From Gemmatimonadota bacterium (lineage in GTDB: Bacteria; Latescibacterota; UBA2968; UBA8231), in NCBI GenBank assembly GCA_038128265.1, contig JAYPJE010000011.1, positions 43,312-90,405 of the forward strand: a DNA stretch of 47,094 bases, read 5' to 3'. Shown here piece by piece: positions 9,609 to 18,100 of this stretch. Numbering within the stretch: position 1 is the first letter of the stretch; each line of letters starts with the position of its first letter. The notes beneath the pieces were generated by a model, which saw nothing but the letters and a program-made list of their open reading frames with translations, did not search any database and had not been told where the DNA came from. A program made the translations under genes and the position numbers.

Positions 9609-10298
9609 ATGAACACAGTATGGTTGCGGAATAAGGTTTGGCTGAGTGCTTGCTTTGGTATGCTTGTCGCGCTGGGCGGCTGCGCCACGACCGGCAGCGG
9701 TGTTCCGTATGGTCCGCCGCCGATTGCCGAAGGCATGGGCCGTCTCATGCTGGAAGCAGGTGGAATCAACGAAGTCAACTTCTACGTCATTGACAACGAG
9801 ACCGGCGAAGAGGTCTATGCCGAGACGCCGCGTTCTGCGGCCAGTTCGCCCATCGGCTACGAAACGGGCTACGGTGCATTCCCCCAATACGTCGATCTGC
9901 CACCGGGTTCCTATTTGGTCGTGGTCAATACAGATGTCGAGGACAGCGTGGAGAAAGAAGTGCAGGTCAATATGGGACAGGAGGTGTATGCTACCATTCC
10001 CATCGGCCGTTTTCAGCTTATTTTCTTCGAGGGCAGCGAGCGCCGTCAGGTTCCCTTCCTCATATACGACTACAATTTGCGCACGGTTTTGGGGCGCGGT
10101 ATGACGTCGACTGAGGTGCGCTACTTTATCGTGCCGACGGGCGAATACAAAGTGCGCATCGAAAATTTGGCTAGCAGCGGCAGCGACGAAATACGTCCGG
10201 TGCAGGTCAATATGGGCCAGACGCAAAATATCATTATCGGTCCTCCGCCGACACCGGGACAGCCGGGCGAAGGAGCCGAAGAAGGCGAACAACAATAG
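9609..10298 (+). CDS. Lipoprotein with two PEGA-like beta-sandwich repeats
   Basis: RBS AAGGAGG; lipobox ALGGC; repeats LPPGSY..VQVNMGQ and VPTGEY..VQVNMGQ 80 aa apart. Confidence 0.7.
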   Translation: MNTVWLRNKVWLSACFGMLVALGGCATTGSGVPYGPPPIAEGMGRLMLEAGGINEVNFYVIDNETGEEVYAETPRSAASSPIGYETGYGAFPQYVDLPPGSYLVVVNTDVEDSVEKEVQVNMGQEVYATIPIGRFQLIFFEGSERRQVPFLIYDYNLRTVLGRGMTSTEVRYFIVPTGEYKVRIENLASSGSDEIRPVQVNMGQTQNIIIGPPPTPGQPGEGAEEGEQQ

Positions 10299-10319
10299 GT
10301 TTAACGCGGAGTGATCTCT

Positions 10320-11177
10320 ATGAAATCTACACGTGACCATACGCGCGGCTACCCGATGGTGTTGCTTGTGCTATTGCTCGCTCTGGGCGGCGTTGTTGAG
10401 GGATGGGCCACGCAGGCGATCGTGATCGACCGCTATGGGAACCAGCACAAGGTGGAGCGCTTTGCGTATCAGGGGCGTCAAGAAATAGAGATTTATATCG
10501 GAGATCAGAGACGCATGCTGCAGCTGGCCCTGATCGACCGCATGCGTTTCGAAGGTGAGTCGCGCGACGACGAGCAGTCTATTTCCCTTACGCTGCGCTC
10601 CGGCAAAAGTGAAAAGGGCGTCATGCTGACGGGGGGAGGGGCCGCTCCGCACCAGGACGCCGTTGGGGGCGGTAGCAGCGGCCGGCGCTTTACAGGCGTC
10701 ACGTCGCTGGGGCCGTTCTTTATTCTGGTGAACGATGTGCAGGAAATCATCCTGCAGCATCCCGAAGGCGAGGAGGTCGTTGAGGAGCCCGTTTTAAAGG
10801 CTACGGTCATCACGCTGGACGGCAAGCGTTTTGAGGTCGAAGATCTGCGCTTTCGCGGCAAGCTGCGCCTCGATTTTTTTCGCGGGCGCAACAAGCGCTT
10901 TATTCCCCTCGACAAAGTTGATAAGATTGACTTTGACGACAGCGGCGCCGCCGAGGAGTTTCGTCCCATCACGGCCACCTATTGGAACGGACGCACTGTG
11001 ATGGGAACCGTCGACGCCAGCACCGTGCGGCTTTCGGGGGAAACCGATAAGAGCTACTATGAACGCGTCAATGCGGCCCTGACGGGAAAAACGGGCTCTG
11101 GCCCGTTTTCCATAGGGATGCATTACGTAAAACAAATACGCTTTCGGGCTCAGAGCGAGGACGAAGAGGGTAGTTAG
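10320..11177 (+). CDS. Secreted hypothetical protein made of two homologous all-beta domains
   Basis: Signal peptide LLVLLLALGGVVEGWA; halves align (IVIDRYG/VITLDG, IDRMRF/VDKIDF, FTGVTSLGPF/LTGKTGSGPF). Start may be 10311, 10320 or 10356. Confidence 0.7.
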   Translation: MKSTRDHTRGYPMVLLVLLLALGGVVEGWATQAIVIDRYGNQHKVERFAYQGRQEIEIYIGDQRRMLQLALIDRMRFEGESRDDEQSISLTLRSGKSEKGVMLTGGGAAPHQDAVGGGSSGRRFTGVTSLGPFFILVNDVQEIILQHPEGEEVVEEPVLKATVITLDGKRFEVEDLRFRGKLRLDFFRGRNKRFIPLDKVDKIDFDDSGAAEEFRPITATYWNGRTVMGTVDASTVRLSGETDKSYYERVNAALTGKTGSGPFSIGMHYVKQIRFRAQSEDEEGS

Positions 11178-11258
11178 ATGCTCTGAATGGGCCCATTTTG
11201 CCCCTAACATATTATTTTCTACTACCTTAGGATGGTGTGTGGACGCAGTAGTTTTGAC

Positions 11259-11287
11259 TTGACACCTGCTGCACTTTAGCATATCAT
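11259..11287 (+). promoter_or_regulatory. Near-consensus sigma70 promoter
   Basis: TTGACA (11259-11264), 17-nt spacer, TATCAT (11282-11287) in an AT-rich intergenic region. Confidence 0.7.
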
Positions 11288-11317
11288 AAGGTGGAATTTT
11301 TTTATCTAACGCAGTCT

Positions 11318-11391
11318 CATCGCGTTCTCTCTCTGGAGAATGCGATGGTCGCATTTTATTTTCTGCGCATTCCACGGCGAAAGGAGGTGAT
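11318..11391 (+). promoter_or_regulatory. 5' leader hairpin plus orphan perfect Shine-Dalgarno element
   Basis: 12-bp stem CATCGCGTTCTC/GAGAATGCGATG (one G-U), then AAAGGAGGTGAT at 11380-11391, about 140 nt upstream of the true start. Confidence 0.5.
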
Positions 11392-11528
11392 GGCGGACTA
11401 CACTTTTTCTGAAAATGCTCACGTGTTTTCAGTATTTATGCGGTGTCATCTTGATGCCACATAAGCCTTCTTTACCAATTAAGTCGTATTGTGTGATTCA
11501 AAAGATCTTTTGGAAGGAGTCCAAACAA

Positions 11529-12434
11529 ATGAGAAAGTCTCTACTCTCTCTGATCGTTGCCGGCCTCGTTGGCGGCATGAGCGGTACCGCAAGCGCCCAC
11601 ATCGGCGAAGCTGTTTACCTCATTTACGAAATTCCCGATTCGGATTTGGCTGATATCGATCTGCGTGATGTCAGCGTCGCTGACTGGGAAGACGTCGTTG
11701 GCGATGCTCCGCTCGTCACGACCGATTTCTATCAGGATCCGACCGTGGGTGAAGGCGCCCAGTACGATCCGGCCGACCTCGACTATCGCATTTGGATTGG
11801 TTGGAACGGCAACTCCAGCACCGTTTACATGGGCATGGAGCGCGTTGATAACGTGTACATCAACGAGTATGCTGGTGGCGACCTCGGTCAGCTCTGGCGT
11901 CACGATGCCATTGAGTTCATGCTCGACGGCGACCACACCGGTGGTGACTACACTGGTTCGGCCGACGAGAACTGGACTGACGAAGAGAAGAAGCTGAACG
12001 GTAACCGCACCGCGCAGCAGTACGTTGCTATCGCCGACACCCCCGATGGCCGCCACGTCGGTTATCAGGGCGCCGGTGCTGAGTGGGTCAACGCGCTGCC
12101 CTACGCCGATGGCGGCGGTGGCTCGGTTGGCGAAGGCCCGACGACCTCGATTTTCGAGTTCTACGTCACGCCGTTTGACGATCTGATCTGGAACAGCCCC
12201 GATGACAGCCAGGCCACGAACCTGGTCGACGGTGGCATCATTGGTTTCCAGATCTCGGTGCCTGACTTCGACATCGAGCCCTCCAACTACCGCGCGTTCC
12301 ACACCCTGTCCGGTCAGGCCGCTACCTGGCGTTACGCTGAGCGTTTCGTCGACGGTCGTTTGGTCGGTGCCGGTGGTGGTGGCACGGCTGTTGAGAGCGA
12401 CTCGTGGGGCCGTATCAAGGCTTCGGTCGAGTAA
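11529..12434 (+). CDS. Secreted CBM9/DOMON-like sugar-binding-fold protein with C-terminal SWGRIK motif
   Basis: RBS GGAAGGAG before ATG 11529; signal peptide ending ASA; VADWEDV, WIGWN...VYMGMERVDN, DAIEFMLDGD, IIGFQISVPDFD pattern; ends GGGGTAVESDSWGRIKASVE. Confidence 0.75.
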   Translation: MRKSLLSLIVAGLVGGMSGTASAHIGEAVYLIYEIPDSDLADIDLRDVSVADWEDVVGDAPLVTTDFYQDPTVGEGAQYDPADLDYRIWIGWNGNSSTVYMGMERVDNVYINEYAGGDLGQLWRHDAIEFMLDGDHTGGDYTGSADENWTDEEKKLNGNRTAQQYVAIADTPDGRHVGYQGAGAEWVNALPYADGGGGSVGEGPTTSIFEFYVTPFDDLIWNSPDDSQATNLVDGGIIGFQISVPDFDIEPSNYRAFHTLSGQAATWRYAERFVDGRLVGAGGGGTAVESDSWGRIKASVE

Positions 12435-12438
12435 TTTA

Positions 12439-12506
12439 AGCACTGCAAAGTGCTGTGGTATTCTGTTGAAGAGAGGGGGGAAACCCCCTCTCTTCAACTC
12501 CGTTTT
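12439..12506 (+). terminator. Two GNRA-loop hairpins, the second a probable intrinsic terminator
   Basis: AGCACT-GCAA-AGTGCT (12439-12454); perfect 15-bp stem GTTGAAGAGAGGGGG-GAAA-CCCCCTCTCTTCAAC (12465-12498) followed by TCCGTTTTT. Confidence 0.75.
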
Positions 12507-12601
12507 TCAGGACAGATGCATGCTGTTGTAACCTTCCTGCTGTTAGTATCTCGCCCTTTTATCGCGTTTTGAATGAGGAATCTGATCCGGAGAGTCAAGG
12601 A

Positions 12602-15052
12602 ATGAGATGGTCAAAGTGTATCGCCGTAGCAGTGCTGGCGGGCCTGGTGGGAGAAAGTCCTGCCGAACTCAAGATCTTTTCCATTCCGCAAGACATCTCC
12701 TGGGCTGACGCCAAACAGGGCCCTATCTCCGAACAGCGTTATCTCGAGGCCATCGACCTCCTGCGCGTCCCCGACGGCATCGCGCCGATTGAGCCGGTGC
12801 AGATGGTCCCTGTACCCCTCGTCGAAGAGGGCAGCGCAGACGCTGATTCCATTCTCTTTGAATTTTCGCAGCATATTGCACGAGCTGAAGTTGTGGCGCA
12901 GTTGGATGCCGTTCTCGGCGATCGTTCTGTCGCCGCGGGGGACGTGCTCATTCCCCGCTGGGGTGATTTTCCCCGGTCGCTTGAAGACGTGCAGATGCTG
13001 CGTCTGGCCGGCGTGGATACGGTCGCGGCGTTGATCAATGTCGCCGAATCATTCCCGCGTCCGCCGGGCGGTGACAAATACAATAAGGGGCTGAATCTCA
13101 CGACGCTGGGGATTTTTGAGCGGGCGCTCACCCTGCAGCGGCTCCAAGAGGGGCTTGGTCGGGTGTTTGACGGCGATCCGCTCACGCACTTTGAGCGCAT
13201 TGACCGCGTTGGGCAGGATGTAAAGCAGGTTTGGACGCTATATGTCGACCTTGGCCGCTTTTTTCCCATTCGGCTCATGCGTGTCTATCCCAGCCCGGAG
13301 GCGCCGGTCCGCATCTCTGCGTATACGTTTTATCGCGGCATTGCCGGCACGGAAAAAACCATCGCCGGTCTGAGCCTGGACGATCCGACGGTCGGTCAGC
13401 TGGCCTTCCCTATATTCACTAAAATTGCGCCTACGTTCCCGACCTTTGTGCCCGAGCAGAGCGCGCCCGTCAACGTGGAGGACACGGTGGCGGTGGCCTT
13501 TGACCCGCCGACCAAAATGCGCTACGCGCGCATGGATTTTCAGACGGAGCTAGACTACGATCTGGGCGAGATGGAGTTTTTTGCCGACGGCTTCGTGCCG
13601 CAGGCAACGTATCGCTCGGTTGCCCTGCCGCTGCCTCCATCGACGCTCGGCCGCATTTTTTGGGAAGAGGAAAAAATTGGTGACCCGACCAAGTCGAGCG
13701 CCATTGTGCGCGTTCAGACGGGGGTTAACGCCGAGCCCGATGTGCTATTTCGCGTTAACGAATTCGAGCGTCAGGTCGAGTGGAAGCCCGAGGATGCCAT
13801 CGTCGTAGACCGCCGTGCCGGTTCGAAGACGCGCGGTGAGCAGATTGATTTGAACGACCCGCAGTTCAACTTGGAAGTGCGCGAAATTTTCAGCGCGCTG
13901 CTGCCCGAAGAGCGCGAAGCCGTTCGCCTGACCCGCGCCGAATATCAGGCGCTGCCCGGCAATTTGCGCAGAAAGATCGAACCGGATCTGGAGTACTGGA
14001 GCGGCGTGCAGCAGGTGACAAATGGGCAGCTGATTAATTCGCCCAGCGGTAGACCCTTCATACAGATACAGATAGAGTTTAAGAGCCTGTCTGCCGAGTC
14101 GGCTACCGTGGTTCGCAACTTGCGCTTTGAATACTCGGCACCGCAGATCACCGATGCCGTGGTCGGCGAGATCGCACCTGCAGTCGACGTCAAAGCCGGT
14201 ATAGACACGACCTTCGCCATTGCAATCAAAGCGCTCTTGGGAGCCGATAACAACGGATTCAACCGATTGCAGGTTTTCACGCCGGCCCGCGTAGAAGGCA
14301 TTCAGTCCGTGTCCATAGACATGGGTGCCGGCGGTATGCGCACCTTGTCTGCCAGTGAAAATCCCGATATCGGGGCTGATCAGTTCAGCGCGCTGTACGT
14401 CGACGATGAACAATTCGTCATCGGCTTTCCGACGATTACCCCCGGTGATGACGGGCTGGATCGAGAAGCCATCGTGAAGGTCAACTTCCGCGCGCGCGTG
14501 ATTGACTTTCGCACGAATTTTTCGGCCAACGTGTTCTTGGATACGCTCGCCTCGGGCTTTGACCGCCGTTTTACCAGCAACGGAATTTTGACGCTGGGTG
14601 CGGCCGCCGACACCTTGGCGCTCTTTCTGCCACAGCCGGTCGAGGGCAGTGACGTGGTCGACTTTGATGCTACAGAGCAGCTCTCCGACCGCAACTCGCT
14701 TGCGGTCATAGCCGATATCTCGGCGCAGGGGAGCAATTTGGTAGCCAATTTCGAAACGACTCCCAACCCCTTTACGCCGAACGGCGACGGGGTCAACGAC
14801 CAGCTAGAGGTCCGCTTTGATGTCCAGCGCTTGTTGACGCCTCGTGCGGTTTTGCTCGAGGTCTACGACCTGAATGGCAACCGCCTGCGCCTTATCGAGC
14901 GTTCGCTCAACTCAGGGGGGTATTCGGAGCAGTGGGATGGACGAGATGATACGGGCAATCTCGTGCCGCCGGGCTTGTACATACTCCGGCTGTCGACGGA
15001 AGCCGACGATGCGGGCGAGGCTAGGACAAAACTCATTTCCGTTGCCTACTAG
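12602..15052 (+). CDS. Secreted type-A paralog: one discoidin-like domain, central domain, Ig-like domain, CHU_C/FlgD-Ig-like CTD
   Basis: Signal peptide from ATG 12602; FDGD, YVDLGRFFPIRLMRVYP, EMEFFADGF, SPSGRPFIQ, GEIAP, GFNRL, PNPFTPNGDGVND, WDGRD, PGLY; ends ISVAY. Confidence 0.8.
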   Translation: MRWSKCIAVAVLAGLVGESPAELKIFSIPQDISWADAKQGPISEQRYLEAIDLLRVPDGIAPIEPVQMVPVPLVEEGSADADSILFEFSQHIARAEVVAQLDAVLGDRSVAAGDVLIPRWGDFPRSLEDVQMLRLAGVDTVAALINVAESFPRPPGGDKYNKGLNLTTLGIFERALTLQRLQEGLGRVFDGDPLTHFERIDRVGQDVKQVWTLYVDLGRFFPIRLMRVYPSPEAPVRISAYTFYRGIAGTEKTIAGLSLDDPTVGQLAFPIFTKIAPTFPTFVPEQSAPVNVEDTVAVAFDPPTKMRYARMDFQTELDYDLGEMEFFADGFVPQATYRSVALPLPPSTLGRIFWEEEKIGDPTKSSAIVRVQTGVNAEPDVLFRVNEFERQVEWKPEDAIVVDRRAGSKTRGEQIDLNDPQFNLEVREIFSALLPEEREAVRLTRAEYQALPGNLRRKIEPDLEYWSGVQQVTNGQLINSPSGRPFIQIQIEFKSLSAESATVVRNLRFEYSAPQITDAVVGEIAPAVDVKAGIDTTFAIAIKALLGADNNGFNRLQVFTPARVEGIQSVSIDMGAGGMRTLSASENPDIGADQFSALYVDDEQFVIGFPTITPGDDGLDREAIVKVNFRARVIDFRTNFSANVFLDTLASGFDRRFTSNGILTLGAAADTLALFLPQPVEGSDVVDFDATEQLSDRNSLAVIADISAQGSNLVANFETTPNPFTPNGDGVNDQLEVRFDVQRLLTPRAVLLEVYDLNGNRLRLIERSLNSGGYSEQWDGRDDTGNLVPPGLYILRLSTEADDAGEARTKLISVAY

Positions 15053-15109
15053 GCTACGGGCAATGCATTGCAACGATCCGTGCGAAATGTTCCTCAAAGA
15101 GGATAGACT

Positions 15110-18100
15110 ATGAAAAATCGGATGACTATGTGCTACGTCGTGCTGCTGGGGGCCCTATGGGCGGCTCCCGCGCTGTCCCAGGTCGGTGATGCCTACAGGC
15201 TGTTTGGCAACTCGATTAGGGTAGATAGGGCTTCGCACTGGTTAAACTGGAACTATCAAAATGATCTTGTCGGTGCACTCAACGTGCCCATTACCGACGC
15301 AGACATTTTTCAGGTCGATGCCGAAGGGATACGCCCGGTGTTTTTTCGGCGCAATATCAACATCGGACCGACGGCATCAAATTTCATTTACAAAGACTTG
15401 GTGCGCGCCGGTGGCGATCTGGTGAACGGCGGGGCCAGCGCCCTGACCAACAACACGAGAGCCCCAGCCGCACTCGACAATAACTTCGATACCTACTGGG
15501 AGCCTTCCGTGGCTTCCGACTACGAGCGACGCCTCGACGAAGCGCACGAGTTTTCCATTGATGGCATGCGCAAGTGGGAGTTAGAAATCGACCTAGGGCG
15601 TTTGGTTTACGTCGATAGCGTCACCGTTATTTTTCCAGCGGGGCAGGTCGGCGATGAGTTTCTCGGCGAGCCGCTAAAATCGTTTGCCCTCTTTGCATCC
15701 ATGGGTGAGCGCTTTCCCTTTCCCTTGGGCAACAGCCTCAACTTCTCTCTCGTCGGTCAGGTTTCGACCAACTTCGCTGCTGGAAAAATAGCCCAGTGTG
15801 TGCGCGACGAATCGGCGGGTTATGCAGGTGGCACTACGTGTGCAGGAGGAGGCGCAGAAGCCGTCAATGCGTTGGCGCTCCGTCCCACGCCAGGCACGGA
15901 TGGTCGCTACGTGCAGATGACCTTCCCCCTCACTCCGCTAGATCGCGCCGATTGGGATTTGGATGGACTGCCCGATATCAAGGGGACGTTCCTACAGTAC
16001 ATCCGCATTAAGGTCACAGATTCCGATCTGTGGCGCGATGCTTTCCTCGGTTCTGGTGAGGAAGGGAGAGCGGTATACGAAGCGCTTCCTCCGGAACAGA
16101 GGGGTGCGCTGGTGTTCCAGCGCTCGACGGCGGGCGGGTTGCTCGTGGAACTGCAGGACGATGAAAACGGTTCGAGCGCGCGGCAGAAATACGAAGCGCT
16201 GCCCGAGGAAAAACGCGGCCCCATACTGTATTACAGTCGCGAAGTGCCGCGCATTTCCGAAGTGCAGGTCTGGGCTAAGGGCGATAATTACGCTCTGCAG
16301 CCTGAAAAGCGCGGCGGAGCCTCTTATGAAAACGGCGGTCTTGGAGCCCCCGAATTGGCTACTGACGGCCTCTACGACTCCGAATGGCAGGCCAATACGT
16401 GGTCGCCCATCTACCTCAAGGGCACGGCCTGGTATGATTTGGGCGCCGTGTTTTGGGTGGATAACGTTTCGGTCGTGAACAAACGCATCAACCAGAGTCA
16501 CCAAGGGGCTTTTCTCGGGCCGGATATTTTGGTGTCAGACGGCACGCTGCTCAAGCCGCTCAATATGGAGCAGCGCGACGACTTTCCCCAGCTAGAGGAG
16601 GGGCTCAAATGGGACAATATTATATCCGCTGAGCACGTCGATAACCACGATCAGGTCGTGCGCATATTTCGCGAGACCTTTGCCCCGCGCAAAATTCGCT
16701 TTTTGCAGGTGCGCGATATCGACGTGACCGGACGGCAGTCTGGTCGCTACGGCTCATTGGCCACGCTCGGTGAGATCCAGCTTTACGGCGAGGGATATCC
16801 CGTGAGCGTGTGGGCCTACTCGCCGCCGATATCGCTGACGGATGCGCGCGGCGAATTTATTCGCAAGACGCTGCCGCAGATCTCTTGGGAAGGCGATGTG
16901 ATTGTCCGTGACACCGACCCCGTCACAGGTCAGATGGTCGAGCGCATCGAGCCGTTGGAGAACCATCCAGATGTGCGCCTGCAGGTGCAAACGCGCACGT
17001 CCGATCAGACCGACACGAACTTCACCTACTACGAAGTGGTCGAAATTGCCGGGGCCGAAGAGCGGCAGGAAGTCACCAAGGAAGTATATGATGCGCTCGT
17101 GCTTGAGTGGGTTGCGTGGAATGTGTGGCAGACGTTGCCCGATAATAAGAGGCACGAGAGTCGCGTTGATGACGATGGCGACGGAGTGACGGATGAGGAT
17201 CCCATCGATCTGATCGACAACGACGGCGATGGATTGATTGACGAAGACGGCAAGAAACTGCGTCGCGAGCCGCGCTCTTCGTACGACCGCGATGGCGAAC
17301 TGGCGTTTGTCGGCTGGAGCGAGTGGAGCGAGTCGTATGCGCCAACCAATGGCCGCAACGAGGCGACGATCACCTCGCCAAACCCGCGCAAGTTTTTACA
17401 GGTACGCGTCAATATTTCCTCCGAAGATCCATTCAAAACGGCGCGCGTTCGCGCGCTCCGCGTCGATTTGGCACCGCCTCTATCATTAGAATTGGCCGGC
17501 GAACTGGCCCTACTCACAGACGAGGGAAAGGGCCGGCCCGTTACAGAGCTTCTTTCGCTGCCGGCTGATTATTCAGCACCGACGGGCGTTGACCCGCTGT
17601 CGCCGCAAATCTTTTCATACTTTATCCGCGCAGCGGCGCCCGACCCGGCCGATGTATCCGTTCGCGACGGTTTTGACGAGATACTAATCGTTTCGCCCAT
17701 GGCCGCTCAGCTGAAGGGAGTGCGTCTCGGGACGGTCTCTGTTGCAGAGCAGGCCTCTCTCATCGATCCCACGGCGCTGTTGACAACGGCTGTGCAGACC
17801 GACTTCTCGCAGTTTTACGGCCGCGGCGAGGACGGCTCTTTCCGCAACGAAGCGGGTGAGTCGCTGATGGTAATGCAGTCCCAGAGCGATTCGCTTTGGC
17901 TGCGCTTCCCCAATTCGATCAACGGTAGTTTGCGAGGGGGAAGGCATGCGATCGTCGAAGTGCAGTTTGAGTCGCAGAGCTTCCGCGAGGGCATTGAGTT
18001 CGGCAGCTTTGTCCGCTCTTCCAATGGTGAAGAAGGCGTTTTTCAACGAGTCGATACGGCATCGAAGGATGCCACCGAACTGGTTGAATCCTCAACGGCG

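Noticed and set aside
11541..12497. 318-aa antisense ORF over the CBM9-like gene
   Set aside because: Shadow ORF from biased codon use; the plus-strand gene has the promoter, RBS, signal peptide and fold motifs.
14755..15052. Calling the CTD proteins flagellar hook-cap FlgD or gliding-motility adhesins
   Set aside because: Only the ~100-aa terminal domain resembles those families; no flagellar or gld/spr genes in the window.
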